Shown: piece by piece, positions 12,292 through 24,235 of the stretch
Position numbering within the stretch: the stretch's first letter is position 1
How the letters are laid out: each line of letters opens with the position of its first letter
DNA from: Eukaryota sp. TZLM1-RC
Taxonomy: Eukaryota > Protista > Metamonada: BaSk clade
DNA: 64,000 nucleotides
NCBI GenBank assembly: GCA_040285825.1
Contig: JAUPSS010000013.1
Coordinates: 481,218 to 545,217 of the forward strand
Direction: 5' to 3'
Notes under the pieces: generated by a model
Database searches by the model: none
What the model was told of the DNA's origin: nothing
Seen by the model: the letters and a program-made list of their open reading frames with translations, nothing else
Program-made: the position numbers and the translations under genes

Positions 12292-13032
12292 CGAAAGTGT
12301 TTTGACTTTAGATGTATTGCACCAATATTTGAAATGAAACCTTCTATCAATGTTAGAACTCCGAACGTTCAACCCTTCCGAATGTTCGGCCGAACTAGTT
12401 TTTGTTCATTTACCCGTGTCAACACAGTTTTGTTTAAAGATGTTTTCCCAAATCCCTATTTCAACTACTACAATGGATTTCATTGTTTAAAAATCTGTAT
12501 TCATACATAAATACCCTTCTTTACATCAATTTTCTTCAATGCCAAAGCACCCTGTTTACAAACTTCTGGACAACGTTAATTATGAATAATTTCTGAATAA
12601 AAGTTTACTTTGTTGGTTGATAGTCAGTGTAATAATATAAGGAAGGAGGAGATAAACAGCGTCTTGGTATTAATGAATCAAAACGAGATGCAGAACTAAC
12701 CGAACGTACGCCGAACTAGTTCAGTAATTCTAACATTGCCCACCATAATCAAAAATCAATGATTCTTGACACACATCCTCAGTCTCTTTGTGTAACATAT
12801 TGTTTCCAACACTCTTTATTATACCAACTATTTTGTTACGAATGTGAAGCGATGAATGAGTATGCGATTCAGCATTCAAGGGAACCAACTTTGCTTTAGA
12901 TTTATCAGTTTTAGTGTTTTCTGCAGCAGACAGAGGAGTCATCAATCTACGCCATTAGGTTTTTCTCGAATAACGATTATTTCTGTTATGTATATTTTTC
13001 AAATAAATTTGTTTGATAATTTGTTTGTTGAA

Positions 13033-13390
13033 CTTGCACACTGAATACAATTAATTCATAACTAATGGGACGAAATTCATTGAACCAAGATTTCTCCTAA
13101 ACCTTGGTCTGCTTGCTGTCTAGCGAAAGCTTCTCTAATTCGATTGAAAACCCGTGCTAATCTATTAATAGTGGCAAATTGAATCCGAGAGCGCCATAAA
13201 AAATATCAAATCTTTTCATTGTTGTTCTCGAACCATTTTTTGGAAGTCATTCATAGAAGTTCCTGCTTCTACTGACAGCCTTTCGTTTCTAGAATATGGC
13301 AAAGCAATAAAATAAAGTGGTCTTTTTCTATCAGCATTAGCTTCTTCGATATCCTTGTCATATTTTCTATGTTTTTCTTTAGTTTTAAAT
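13033..13390 (-). mobile_element. Family B 3' fragment
   Basis: Reverse match to ~32350-32715 including the cgtcccattagttatga terminus. Confidence 0.85.
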
Positions 13391-14738
13391 TCATTTTAAT
13401 AATTCAATGCAGACAGATGATTCAAGCAATGAAATCGGAAGAGATTAAACCAGATTTTTTTTCAAAATCGTGTGTTTCATCAGAGTTATCATGAGGATTT
13501 TTTTGAGGCTCATTGTTTTCATGAAGGTAATCTCATTTATAGTTGATAATTCGAATGAAAAATACCAAGTCCTCTTTGTCGATATTGTTAACGTTTCAAC
13601 ATTCTCAAAACGAACAGGCTAAGGGTACACTTCATCAAATTCTTTCCCATTCGCATTGTGAGTTTTGAAGTTTTCTGGAGAAAAACATCTTCTAGAGAAG
13701 TGACCTTTTTTTACAAAGTCTTTTGTTCAAGATATTTGATTGAGCCAACCAATAATATACTCTTCCATTAAATGGAATTGTATTTGTAATCATTTGAAAT
13801 TTCCTATTCCAATTTTATTAATCCAATTTAAAATTTCAATTTTAAATGTCTTTAAGGAATGAGCTTTATTTCATCAGTAGGACTGCAAAAGGCATCAATG
13901 ATGATAGAAATGAAAAATCATCACGAACACAATACAATGTGGGTGTTATCCTAAGCATTGATTTGGTTGATTCAATAACCATCAAATTTGTTCCTATATA
14001 GGAATAAATAATAATTTGTTCTAATTGCTATTTCTATGACGGATCTACTATTTATGAACCAAATAGTAGAAAATTCAACTGCTTTGACACAAGAAAGACT
14101 GAGTGTTTGTTTATTATCACCTGAGCATTCTGAATTCGATGTTGCAAACAAGACATCCAAGTTTGCGATAAAAAATGCAAATGTACAAAAATGGATAAAA
14201 ATGAGACCCTTTAGGAAAAGACAAAGAACTCTGGGCAAAAGGCTCGCCTACATCTTCAGATATTTTTTTGCGTTTAATAGAGGGGAGAAAACTGATGGAA
14301 GCCATCTTCCATCAGCAGTGGCGAATTAATAGCGCTATATATTGTGAGTTGGAAGACATTCAACCAACAGAGGAAAAATGGAATAGAAAACCAACAAAGA
14401 GGATAACTTAGTGAGACTACGGGAGTGTTATGAAGAAGTACAAATAATGATAGCTATTCAAATAGATATGGTCATCAAGGATCTTGAAAATGTCGTAAAC
14501 CAGGTTCGACAAGGTCCAAGTGATCCAACAACGATTCAGCTAGGACGTCCAAGAAATTCCATTTCCTTGAATACGTGGAAAATATTCACAAAACTGGATG
14601 GAAAGAATGGAACAATCTGTCGGAAATGAAAGGTGTACAACATCTGACACGTCATTGTGAAATTGGGGAGGTGTGAAAGCAGATGAGCTTGTTTTAAAGT
14701 GTTTTTCCAGAGTGGTTTAAATCGGTTTTTTCCTTCTA

Positions 14739-15995
14739 ATGGATCATATTGAACTTCCTCAGGTCTCTCCACTGCTTCCCGATACTTTCACCTTGTTTAA
14801 GGTGCATACCAAACTAGACGTTCAGTCAGCCAATTTCCCTCATCTCGATGATCGTTTCAAGGATTTTTCGCAGTATCTTAGTCCTCGTCGCTCCAATGAT
14901 GCGACTATTGTACACAGCTTGGATGAATACACAGCTGACACTACTAATCACCGTTCACAGTATTTGATCAAACCCAAGTTTTTAAAAGGTGGTCCTTTTA
15001 AGAAGGTGATCAGTTGTGCAATTCAGTGTTACAAATGGAGTCTACGCTCAGAGGTTGAGGCTCTGTTTGCTGAAATTGATCCAAAAGAACGGCCTCGTGA
15101 AGAACGGATTGAGTTCCATGCAGGTTTGATTATATTTCCCATGTCCGAAACCAATGCTATGATCTATGGGTTCGGGCAATGGACATCTCTTATCAACCGT
15201 AGGTGTATTATCCCTAACTGGGGATTACGAGTTTTAGCTTCTGAGCGCTTCTTTAACCCTGAGACGGTAAAGAAAATTGCTTACTATTCTTCAAAAAATG
15301 ATAAACTCATCAACACACATCAATCGTCCAAATCGTACCCATTGGTTGACGAACTTGAACCAGATGATAGGCTTTCCTCTATTCGAATAACCCCTAATGG
15401 TTTTAATCCCAGTCATGACTTTGAAGGCAAGGATTATCTCCATTTTACTCTACCCAAAGGTGAGCTGATTGAATTGAGTACAGAAATTCTAGAGACTTAT
15501 ATCACACAATTGCGATCTCTTGCTCAACAATTTCTCAATTTTGAATCCACCACAATTCATCAAGATTTAAAACCTTACGTATATGAGTTAGTCACTGATA
15601 AAGAATTGCTGCCTAAGTTACAGCAAGAGTTCTTACGACAAAGATACGATGTAGAATTCATCAAACTTCATCCTAAGTTAACTCAGAATTTAGGGTCAAA
15701 GAAACCTTGGCTTGTTTGTCATTCACAATGTTGTGGTTCTTCATCAAATCCACGCAAAACGAATAATTTATTTGAGTTATTTTTCCATTTGTGCCAAGAA
15801 TTATCACCTCTTATTATAAAGGATGTAGTCAATTTTGATACGATTGTACATGTTTTAAAAACCAAACATGATGAAACAACCGGAAAACCTAAGGTGAAGT
15901 TGCTGGATGTTGTGGTTTCTAAAACCTTCAATTACGAGGGTAACCAGTATTTCCTAGAATTGGGACACTTTTTCTACAAACCTGTAGCTGAATAG
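14739..15995 (+). CDS. Protein resembling the N-terminal/central part of bacterial TIGR04141/DUF6119 proteins
   Basis: Intact 418-aa ORF; motifs in order FTLFKV, GLIIF..MIYGFGQWTSLINRRCIIPNWGLRVLAS..FNPETVKKI, FEGKDYLHF, ELVTDKELLPKL, FNYEGNQYFLELGHFF. Family resemblance is from memory. Confidence 0.55.
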   Translation: MDHIELPQVSPLLPDTFTLFKVHTKLDVQSANFPHLDDRFKDFSQYLSPRRSNDATIVHSLDEYTADTTNHRSQYLIKPKFLKGGPFKKVISCAIQCYKWSLRSEVEALFAEIDPKERPREERIEFHAGLIIFPMSETNAMIYGFGQWTSLINRRCIIPNWGLRVLASERFFNPETVKKIAYYSSKNDKLINTHQSSKSYPLVDELEPDDRLSSIRITPNGFNPSHDFEGKDYLHFTLPKGELIELSTEILETYITQLRSLAQQFLNFESTTIHQDLKPYVYELVTDKELLPKLQQEFLRQRYDVEFIKLHPKLTQNLGSKKPWLVCHSQCCGSSSNPRKTNNLFELFFHLCQELSPLIIKDVVNFDTIVHVLKTKHDETTGKPKVKLLDVVVSKTFNYEGNQYFLELGHFFYKPVAE

Positions 15996-16426
15996 TTCTT
16001 GGCAAATAAATCTTAATCCTCTTTTTGAATCTACACCATTAGGTTTTTGTCGAATCACGATCATTTCTTGCTTGTTTCTGAATAAATTCATTTTGATAAT
16101 TTAATATAGACAATCGATTCAATCAATGAATTATGAAGAGATTGAACCAGAATTGTTTTTCAAAATCGTGTGCTTCATCAGAATTATCGGGAGGATTCTT
16201 GAGGCTATTTGTTATTGAAATTGCATTTGTAATCTTTTGAAAATTCCTATTCCACATAATTAGTATTGAATCAATAGATTCATTATAAGCAAAAAATTCA
16301 AAATAAATTAATAATAATATAATGATTAATATATTGATTTATTTACAACTGAACGTAAAACACCAAATAAAAGAATTATTTAAATAAATAAATAAATAAA
16401 TAAAATTAAAAATACAAACTCACTAA

Positions 16427-16966
16427 CTACTCTTCATTGAAACATAATGCAATCAACTCAGAGCCATTACTATGCTCTGATATCACCCTCATTGGCAATG
16501 GTGCTGGAGAGAGCTTTTCTATCAATGCCGTGATGGATCCGGCACAAGAAGAAAGTTCTGCATGGGAGTGGAGGAGAGAAAAGTCAAGAGGAAGGTGTCT
16601 TTTTGATACGTACAGTTGGCATGAATGATAAAGGAAGGTCAAGATAGGATCCTCTTCTTCAAAATCTCGCTGAAGGAACTCATCAAAGATATCATGGTAG
16701 TGCTCTATGTAGTGTGGTGAAAGAAGGAGTATGGAGGTGAGGATTAGACGTTGATGAATAGATGATAACTCGGTATAAAGATCAACAAGTGAGGAAGGAT
16801 CTGTCTGAAGCTGTGCTTTAGCAGCAAGTAGCGACTTCCTGTCAAGTGTGGAGTACTCAGTGAGGATGTCCTTCATTGAATAAAAAATTGATTCATCATT
16901 TCTAATGTTGAGAGATACCAAACTACCAGTTCCTTCTGACAGCACGGTATAATCGTCACAGTGCAT
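16427..16966 (-). CDS. Hypothetical helical protein
   Basis: ATG-initiated 179-aa ORF, higher GC than its flanks, followed by an AT-rich tract. Confidence 0.5.
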   Translation of the reverse strand: MHCDDYTVLSEGTGSLVSLNIRNDESIFYSMKDILTEYSTLDRKSLLAAKAQLQTDPSSLVDLYTELSSIHQRLILTSILLLSPHYIEHYHDIFDEFLQRDFEEEDPILTFLYHSCQLYVSKRHLPLDFSLLHSHAELSSCAGSITALIEKLSPAPLPMRVISEHSNGSELIALCFNEE

Positions 16967-17004
16967 TGCAAGTAGGACGTACTTTTTATAGAATTAAAAC
17001 TAAA

Positions 17005-17525
17005 CTTGTACACAATTCATATCTAATGGGACGAAAATCATTGAACCAAGATTTCCTCTACAAAATCTTGATTTGCTTGATGTCTCGCTGTAGCTTCTCT
17101 AATTCGATTGCAAAACGGAAAAAATCTATCAATAATGACAAATTGAATCCGAGAGCGCCATAAATAGATATCAAATCTTTTCATTGTTTTTTCTTGAACC
17201 ATTTTTTGGAAATCATTCAAAAAGTTTCCTACTTCTTTTGATAGTTTTCCGATTAGAGAAAATGCGAAAGTAATAAAAACTGGTGGTTAATTTCTGTCAG
17301 CATTAGCTTCTTCGATACTTTTCTCATATTTTCTTTGTTTCTCTTTAGTTTTAAATTTAAGAGCATCCACAGGATTAAGTTTTCTTATTTGAACCAAAGT
17401 TTCATTTGCAACACTACAGGAGAGAAAGTCAACAACAGTGTCAGAGTTCTCAATCCAATCACAGTATCTATCAAATCTGTCATCAGAACCAAAATTATTC
17501 AATGACAGTGTTTCATCAACACATT
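17005..17525 (-). mobile_element. Family B 3' fragment (endonuclease region)
   Basis: ETLSLNNFGSDDR..YCDWIENS and KRFDIYLWRSRIQF match family B. Confidence 0.88.
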
Positions 17526-18377
17526 GTAGCGACATATAGTTTCCTAAGAGTTAAGAACCAGGAGAAATGAGCAATATTTGTATAAGGAAACTTTGGTTAA
17601 TCGCAATTCAATTAATTTCGAATATTTCTATTAGGAAAAAATGAATATGATACAGTTATGAATACATCAGTTTTCTTAGGGTTGATGTTAAACAATACTG
17701 TTTATCCTTCATTGAAGATTGAAACGCCAACTGTGTCTCGGAAAGACACAGAACAATGTAATAGTTCATCAAGGTAAATGATATGCGCGGACCAACTTTT
17801 ATAACCAACTTCTTGCTTAAAGTGATTAAATGCCTTTAGCCTTAGCAACTAACGAAAAACCTTCAGCATAATTTCACACCTCCAATAATCACCACATCCT
17901 TTCATAATTTTGGAAGTGTAACAAGAGTTTGTGGAGTATCCGTTCAACGTAGAAGATTTCTTAGAGTTACAAATTTGAAATTAATTTTTGAGTTTGTTTG
18001 TGAGGTTTTGAAACATCGTAATGAAAATTAGTGTTTTCATGAATTCAACTAATAGTTATTATTAATTACCAATTAAGCTGACGTTGTCACCATTCTTTAC
18101 TACCAATCAATTTAACAATCAATTTCCAAAAGTTCTTGAATACATTATCGGGAATGGTTAATCATAACTCAATCAGAGATTCACTATTTAAAAACAAAAA
18201 TGATTTAAAACAAAATTTATTTCATTTCAACATCAAAAAAATCAATTACAAGAGTATCGAAGAATTGAATAGAACAATATTAAACAGAAACAAGTTTACT
18301 AGCAAAAACAATAAATTCAAATAAATATACAAGTAAAAATACAACTAAAAAATGAAAAATAGAAAAAAAAAGAAACA

Positions 18378-20882
18378 TCAATCTAATTGCTCTTTCAATA
18401 ACATCATCTCACGTGATAAAGAAGATAGGTCATAATTAAGATTGGCAAATTGATTGGTTTGAGCCGCAATATCGAGAAAATTGTCAACCAAAATTTTGAC
18501 AAGTTGACATTCAAAAAATGATCTCTTATTGACCTTTTCGTCATTTTCTAAGGAACTTTTCAAATTTTCAACAATGCTTTCATTTGAACTGTACAACATC
18601 ACATCATCTTCGACATTATTTTGACCTTCTAACAAAGACTTTTCGAGATTTTCTAGTAAATTCTGTTTTTCCACAAAATATTCCTTGACGCTGGCCAAAG
18701 ATTCTACTAAAACGGAGTATTCGTCATTGCAGGTCATTAATGACGTCTCATGACGTGATATTTCAGATCTGATTTGATTAATTGCATCGGAAACCAAGAC
18801 TTTATCAGACTGCACGTCATTTGATTGTTTTTGAACTTCCTGTATGAGTGAGTCATATTCAGCGGAAAGACCTTGGAATTTGGAGACTTCCTGAGAAAGT
18901 CTTGTCAGGTCAACAGGTTTTCCAAAACTCATAAAAGAGCACAATAGGTCAAAAACGTTGAAAATTTGAGCTTGGTGACACGTGTCATTGTCATGTAGGC
19001 TCATACAATGATTCTCCAATAAAGAAATACCAAAATTAAAATCTTGAATTTGAGAAACCAATAAGGAATTTTCAAATTTAATTAATTCAAAATTGTTTTC
19101 AAGATAGTCAAATTGATGTAGAAGTGCACTATGGTTGTCCTCTAAGACGGAAATTTCGTGCAACAGGTCAGAAATAGAAGGACCATCGTTGACTGTGATC
19201 TCTTCTGGCGTGTCATCGACAGAACGGTCAAAATTTGACATTATGAGCTGTTCTAGTCCCAATAGTGATCCAGACATGAGAGAGTATTTGTTCTCCAGTT
19301 GTGCTAGATTTTCGTCCAAAATTTCTGCATTCGCAGAACTGATGGTCAAAAATTCAACTTTCTCAATCAAATTTTGATTATCCAATCTCAATTGTTCCAT
19401 TTCATCAGTTAAAAGATCAAAATCGTGCAAAATTTTAAAATACTCGTTGCTTTTTTGACCCTCTTCCAGAGGATTACGATGACTTTGATCACAAAACTGG
19501 CCTTGATCACCCAAAAAGTCATGAATTAATAAATTTTTGGATTCTAATTTAGTTTTTAAATCTAAAATTTCATCTTCAAGTCTGGCTAATGATGATTCAA
19601 ACTGTTTGGGTTGTTGATTGTCAATTTGATAGACTGATTGATTTTGACAGTCAGAAATGCAGGAAACTGATTGCTCCAAAGCAGTAACTTCATCAGAAAT
19701 GATTGGAAGATATTTCATGAATGCATTTCCTGAATTTGAAACCAATTTCAACTCATTCAAAAACTTTTTTAATAAAACCTCATTATTATTATCTTCATTA
19801 ATAACCAATTGATTTAATAAAATGCTCAAATTTTCAGGTAAATTTTCCAAAAGTGCGTCAATAATTTTGAAAAGTGCCAAATATTCAGAAAAAAGCTCAC
19901 GATATCTACAATTGACAAGTGTCACTGATCCTTTGATGACCTCGACTCTTGACGTCAATTCATCCAGTTTTTGATCTACATCACGTGATAGTTTCCGAGA
20001 GAGACGATCAAGACGGTTATAAACAGTTTGATTGAGGTTTGACTTGGCTAAATAATTTAAAATGAAATTAAATAAATTTTGGCTTTTTTTCTCGAAAATT
20101 CTCATCATTTTTGACCTTATTTTTGACCTCTTCCGTTTGCCTGAACGTCGTGACTTCTTTTTCTGAATATTTGAAAATTTTAGTTTCATTGACAACCAGC
20201 TTGTCAAATTTTTCAATTTTTGAGCTTCTGCTGAGCTCTTCTTGAGCTTGACTTCCTTGGAATTCAACAAGACCAAGGTTTCTTTTGTATTTATTGAATT
20301 AATTCCAGAATTATTATTAAAATTGTCCAATTTTAATTTTAATGAATTGACCTCATTCGTTAAGGAAGTGGTTCTTGCCCGCCACTGATCACGTTCCATT
20401 TCAAAATCAATCAAAATTGATTGATTACTTTTCTCCAGTTTCTGATTTACTTCCAAAAGTCTTGCGTTTTCTTGCTTAAGCTCATTAATATTGGAATTAT
20501 GACCTTCACACGTTTCCAACCGTGATTCCAGACAAGATATTTGTGCCTTCAACTCGGCTTCCTTTTGGACAAAAGCTTCACCAACTTGTTCTGTACAAAG
20601 TCTCTCATTTTCCAATATCTGAGCGTAGTGCTGGTCAAGGGACTTGAGCTGACTTTCATGTTTGAGTTTGAGGTTGTACAAGGCGGTTTCGTATTCATCT
20701 ATTTTGAGATTGAGATAGCGTTCGGCTTTGGTGCCCAAATCGTTGTACCGCTGGGCAAGATCTTTGTATTGTTGATGCCATTTTTGGGCATTTCTCTCGG
20801 CAGTAACAAGAGCGAGACGAAGACGAGAGAGTTCATTTGGGGATTGCGGATGTGTGGGAGGAGACTCAGAGGGTGAAGTCAT
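18378..20882 (-). CDS. Long coiled-coil protein
   Basis: 834-aa ORF with heptad-rich L/E/N/K composition. Confidence 0.75.
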   Translation of the reverse strand: MTSPSESPPTHPQSPNELSRLRLALVTAERNAQKWHQQYKDLAQRYNDLGTKAERYLNLKIDEYETALYNLKLKHESQLKSLDQHYAQILENERLCTEQVGEAFVQKEAELKAQISCLESRLETCEGHNSNINELKQENARLLEVNQKLEKSNQSILIDFEMERDQWRARTTSLTNEVNSLKLKLDNFNNNSGINSINTKETLVLLNSKEVKLKKSSAEAQKLKNLTSWLSMKLKFSNIQKKKSRRSGKRKRSKIRSKMMRIFEKKSQNLFNFILNYLAKSNLNQTVYNRLDRLSRKLSRDVDQKLDELTSRVEVIKGSVTLVNCRYRELFSEYLALFKIIDALLENLPENLSILLNQLVINEDNNNEVLLKKFLNELKLVSNSGNAFMKYLPIISDEVTALEQSVSCISDCQNQSVYQIDNQQPKQFESSLARLEDEILDLKTKLESKNLLIHDFLGDQGQFCDQSHRNPLEEGQKSNEYFKILHDFDLLTDEMEQLRLDNQNLIEKVEFLTISSANAEILDENLAQLENKYSLMSGSLLGLEQLIMSNFDRSVDDTPEEITVNDGPSISDLLHEISVLEDNHSALLHQFDYLENNFELIKFENSLLVSQIQDFNFGISLLENHCMSLHDNDTCHQAQIFNVFDLLCSFMSFGKPVDLTRLSQEVSKFQGLSAEYDSLIQEVQKQSNDVQSDKVLVSDAINQIRSEISRHETSLMTCNDEYSVLVESLASVKEYFVEKQNLLENLEKSLLEGQNNVEDDVMLYSSNESIVENLKSSLENDEKVNKRSFFECQLVKILVDNFLDIAAQTNQFANLNYDLSSLSREMMLLKEQLD

Positions 20883-22293
20883 GGAGATCTATTGTAGAGA
20901 CCTGTTTGTGTTGAGTGGATTTTCTATTTGTTCATTTATCAATTGCATTCCCATATGATATTCGCTCCTGTTTTCAACTTTCTCAATGTCTACTCACAGG
21001 CTTCAAGAGACATTTAGCGTCATTTGACAAAGACAATCATGATTTTCATCAATGCGCTACCTCACATAAACACATAAATACACCTACTGTTTTCCAGAAC
21101 AAAGCCTCGCTACTTGATGTATCTAAGTGGATATACCAAATGCTACTATGGCATTTTTAGGTCGGTCTCAAAACTGTTTAAAAAAAGCAAATATACAGTA
21201 CAAAAAATCAAAATATAATACAAGTTTCTAAAAATAGAATATCAGTTTTTCCAAAGTTTCTGTTTCTGTTTGCTCAGGTTCCTCATTCATCCGGGTTTAT
21301 GCTGGAGATGCTGGAGAGTATGTAATTCAGAAAGCCCTCAGTCAGGATGGTGATTACAGCCAAGTTCAATGGTCAGGTAATCATATTACCACTGAGCTGA
21401 TTGCGACTGTTCAGAATACCTCTTTTCATAAAGAATTGTTCAGATCTTGAGTTAATACTCGCTCTCGTTCTCTTAGTTGTAAACGTTTTGCAAACTATAC
21501 CAATAGTAATTGTTCTAATTCCACGCTTTCGAGGTCTCGATGCGCGAAAAAAAGAGGCTGTGTTAGCCTTGGATAATATTTGTAGCTGAATTTTAGTTGC
21601 ATACATATAGTTTATTGTACAAATATGCCTATGCCCTTACTTTACTTAAAAAGTAAAGGTATAAGGTACTTTAAAAGGTACTTTACTTTACTTTTAAGTC
21701 GAAAAAAATGCTTTTCTCTCTGTAATACAATACTTTACATTCAGGTATACTTATGTCTAACCCCACAAAATCATCACAAGCAAGGTAAGGAACAGTCCTT
21801 ATATATTAATAAAGTTGCATCTCCATACCTGCAACCAATCATTAAGAAAAATATTGAATGGGCTTCCGTAGGGAACCAGAGAATTTTCCCATGTGGAAAC
21901 AAGAGATTGGTGTTGTTTTCATTCAGAATTTGCTAAAACTAGTGAATTACAACCCCAACGCTCAAATTGCATTCCATGCTTCACCTTCAAATAACCATAA
22001 CTGAGTTTCAAACCATTCTTACCACATTTGATGTCACCTTTCTACCCATTACACACAGTTGGAAAATGCAATCACCCAGCAGTGTAGCAACTCGACTTTT
22101 ATTCAATTTTACCTATGGAGATCACAGATAACTTTCCAGCATGATTATTTAATTGATGATCATTGAACTCGCCTGACATCAGAACAATAACCTTGTGTTT
22201 CATTTATTTGTACTTTTACTGTAGTTTTAAAATTAAATAATATTGTTTTTGTTTCATTCTGCTTATTTGTATTAGTTCTAATGAATTTTAAAT

Positions 22294-23443
22294 GGGAAAA
22301 GTACACATCTACCCATTTTTGCAAAAAGTGGAACACGTCTACCCACCACAATAAAGTGAACACATCTACCCACTTTTTTACTGATAGGACTTCTTTGCAG
22401 ATTGGAGATGACAACAACCTCTTCCGTTGTTGCTGAATCAACTATAACTGTCAAACATAACGACACCGATTATCTCTTGAAAATCGGTTCCCTGGCTTCG
22501 ATTGAAATCATAAAGGAACTGATTCGGCTAGATTGTGTCCAGAGCAGTGCCCATTGTGTCTACAAAAAGTCTGAACATACAAGAATTTATGCTCGTTGCA
22601 AAAATAAAAGATGTACGTTTGAATGCTATGCTACACGACCTAAATCCGCTTTTACAACAACTCCTTATGAGGTTAAGTGGTATAAAGCTCATTGCTGTGA
22701 TGGTAATCTAACTTCTTCCTACAAGATTCTTCTTCCTTCCACAGATAACCTTGCCTCTTTGACATCCATTCGTACAAAAATCCAAAAGGATCCTGCCATC
22801 AGCTCCAAGCATTTGAAAGTGGATTTAAACACAGCGGCTGGGTTTATACTTCCCAATCACACTGTTAGGCGGGTACGGCACATGATTAAAACCAGTCTGT
22901 ATGGAACTGAAGAATCAAGCTACAAAAAACTTGACCACTATTTGGAACTTTTAAGTCAAAGAAACCTTGGAAGTGTTATTGATCTTGAAAAGGATACAAC
23001 TGACACCTTTAGACGACTGTTCATAGCGCTGCAAGGTACAATCAAGGGATTTGCATTTTGTCGTTCAATGGTTCTTCTGGATGGGACGCACTTGACAACC
23101 AAACATACACAAGTGTTGCTGACATCCACGTCCATTGATGCAGAGGGCCATTTGTTTCCACTGGCCTTTGCAGTAGTGTCGACCGAAAACAAAGACAACT
23201 GGACCTTAGGGAGGTTAATCGTATGCTTAACATGTCCATAAACGGTTTATTTGATGTTTGAGATGAGTTTGGTGAACGTGCCAAGTAATTAATTAATTAA
23301 GAAACACAAACATGATTACATCATCAAACAAATCGGGATGGATAAGTTTCCTTAAAACAATTGGGTACAGAAGTACCAATAAATTCAGCAGTGGGTAGGT
23401 GTGTTTCACTTTTCAAAAAAGTGGGTAGGTGTGTCCCTGACCC
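22294..23443 (+). mobile_element. Internally deleted Mutator (MULE) element, second family
   Basis: Imperfect TIRs ggg....gtacacatctacccat / gtgggtaggtgtgtc...ccc; perfect 9-bp TSD attttaaat (22285-22293, 23444-23452). ORF 22408-23241 has LDGTHLT..DAEGHLFPLAFAVV..ENKDNW and then breaks off. Confidence 0.93.
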
Positions 23444-23683
23444 ATTTTAAATTTGGGGGTCTGGCAATTTACTAAACTTGTACTGAAAATGTCTAACCCT
23501 GTTCCATAACAACTTAGACTCTTTATAACAACTCAAACTACTAGAACACTTCAGATAGTCTCTCATCCTATGTTCTTGTTATGCTTCTGATTCTTTGGAC
23601 AATCCTTTTGCTTATGATCGCTTACACCACATACACCGCAAGGGAGAGTACACTTAGTCACAAAGTGCCCTTCTCTACTACAA

Positions 23684-24050
23684 TTACAACATCTTCTTGC
23701 CTTCTTTCTTCCAACTGTCAAGTCCTTCTTTGCCATAAATCAATTTCGTTTCAGCTGCATTATTTGATTCAACACGAGATGTGGTGTAGCTATTGAAATG
23801 AGTGAACTGGTCAGTGTAGCAATGTAAAAATTCAGTTCCAACTGGTAGTAAGCTCTGTTCGATATAATCAACAGCTTTTTGGAATACATTCGTTGCTCTA
23901 CAAATTAAGTTCTTGTAAGCGATAAGGAAATCGTTCAATCAAGGTTTCATTGAGGATTAGGTTTCATTGATTAGCGCAGCAGGAATATCGGAAATACACG
24001 GAGACACCAGCTTTATGAGCATATTAGTCAAAAGCAAAGCCTTGTTCGTT
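23684..24050 (-). pseudogene. MULE-type transposase fragment
   Basis: YTDQFTHFNSYTTSRVESNNA matches the TTSRVES motif around the catalytic Glu. Confidence 0.65.
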
Positions 24051-24235
24051 GCTCCATCTTTTCCAAGATTCCAAAAGGGTGCTGAATGAAGAACTTTTTT
24101 GTAGGGGAGTGTCATCATTGACTCTAGCATTATCACCTTCAGGATTATGTATCATGATAAAATTTTAGAAAGTGCAAGTTTAGCAAAATCCGAAATTTGG
24201 ACTGATTAGTTCTAATAAGAATTCTCATTCTCCAC

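Noticed and set aside
20040-20240. Basic, out-of-character segment in the coiled-coil ORF (possible intron or compensating frameshifts)
   Set aside because: The frame stays open and no convincing splice pair could be fixed without transcript data.
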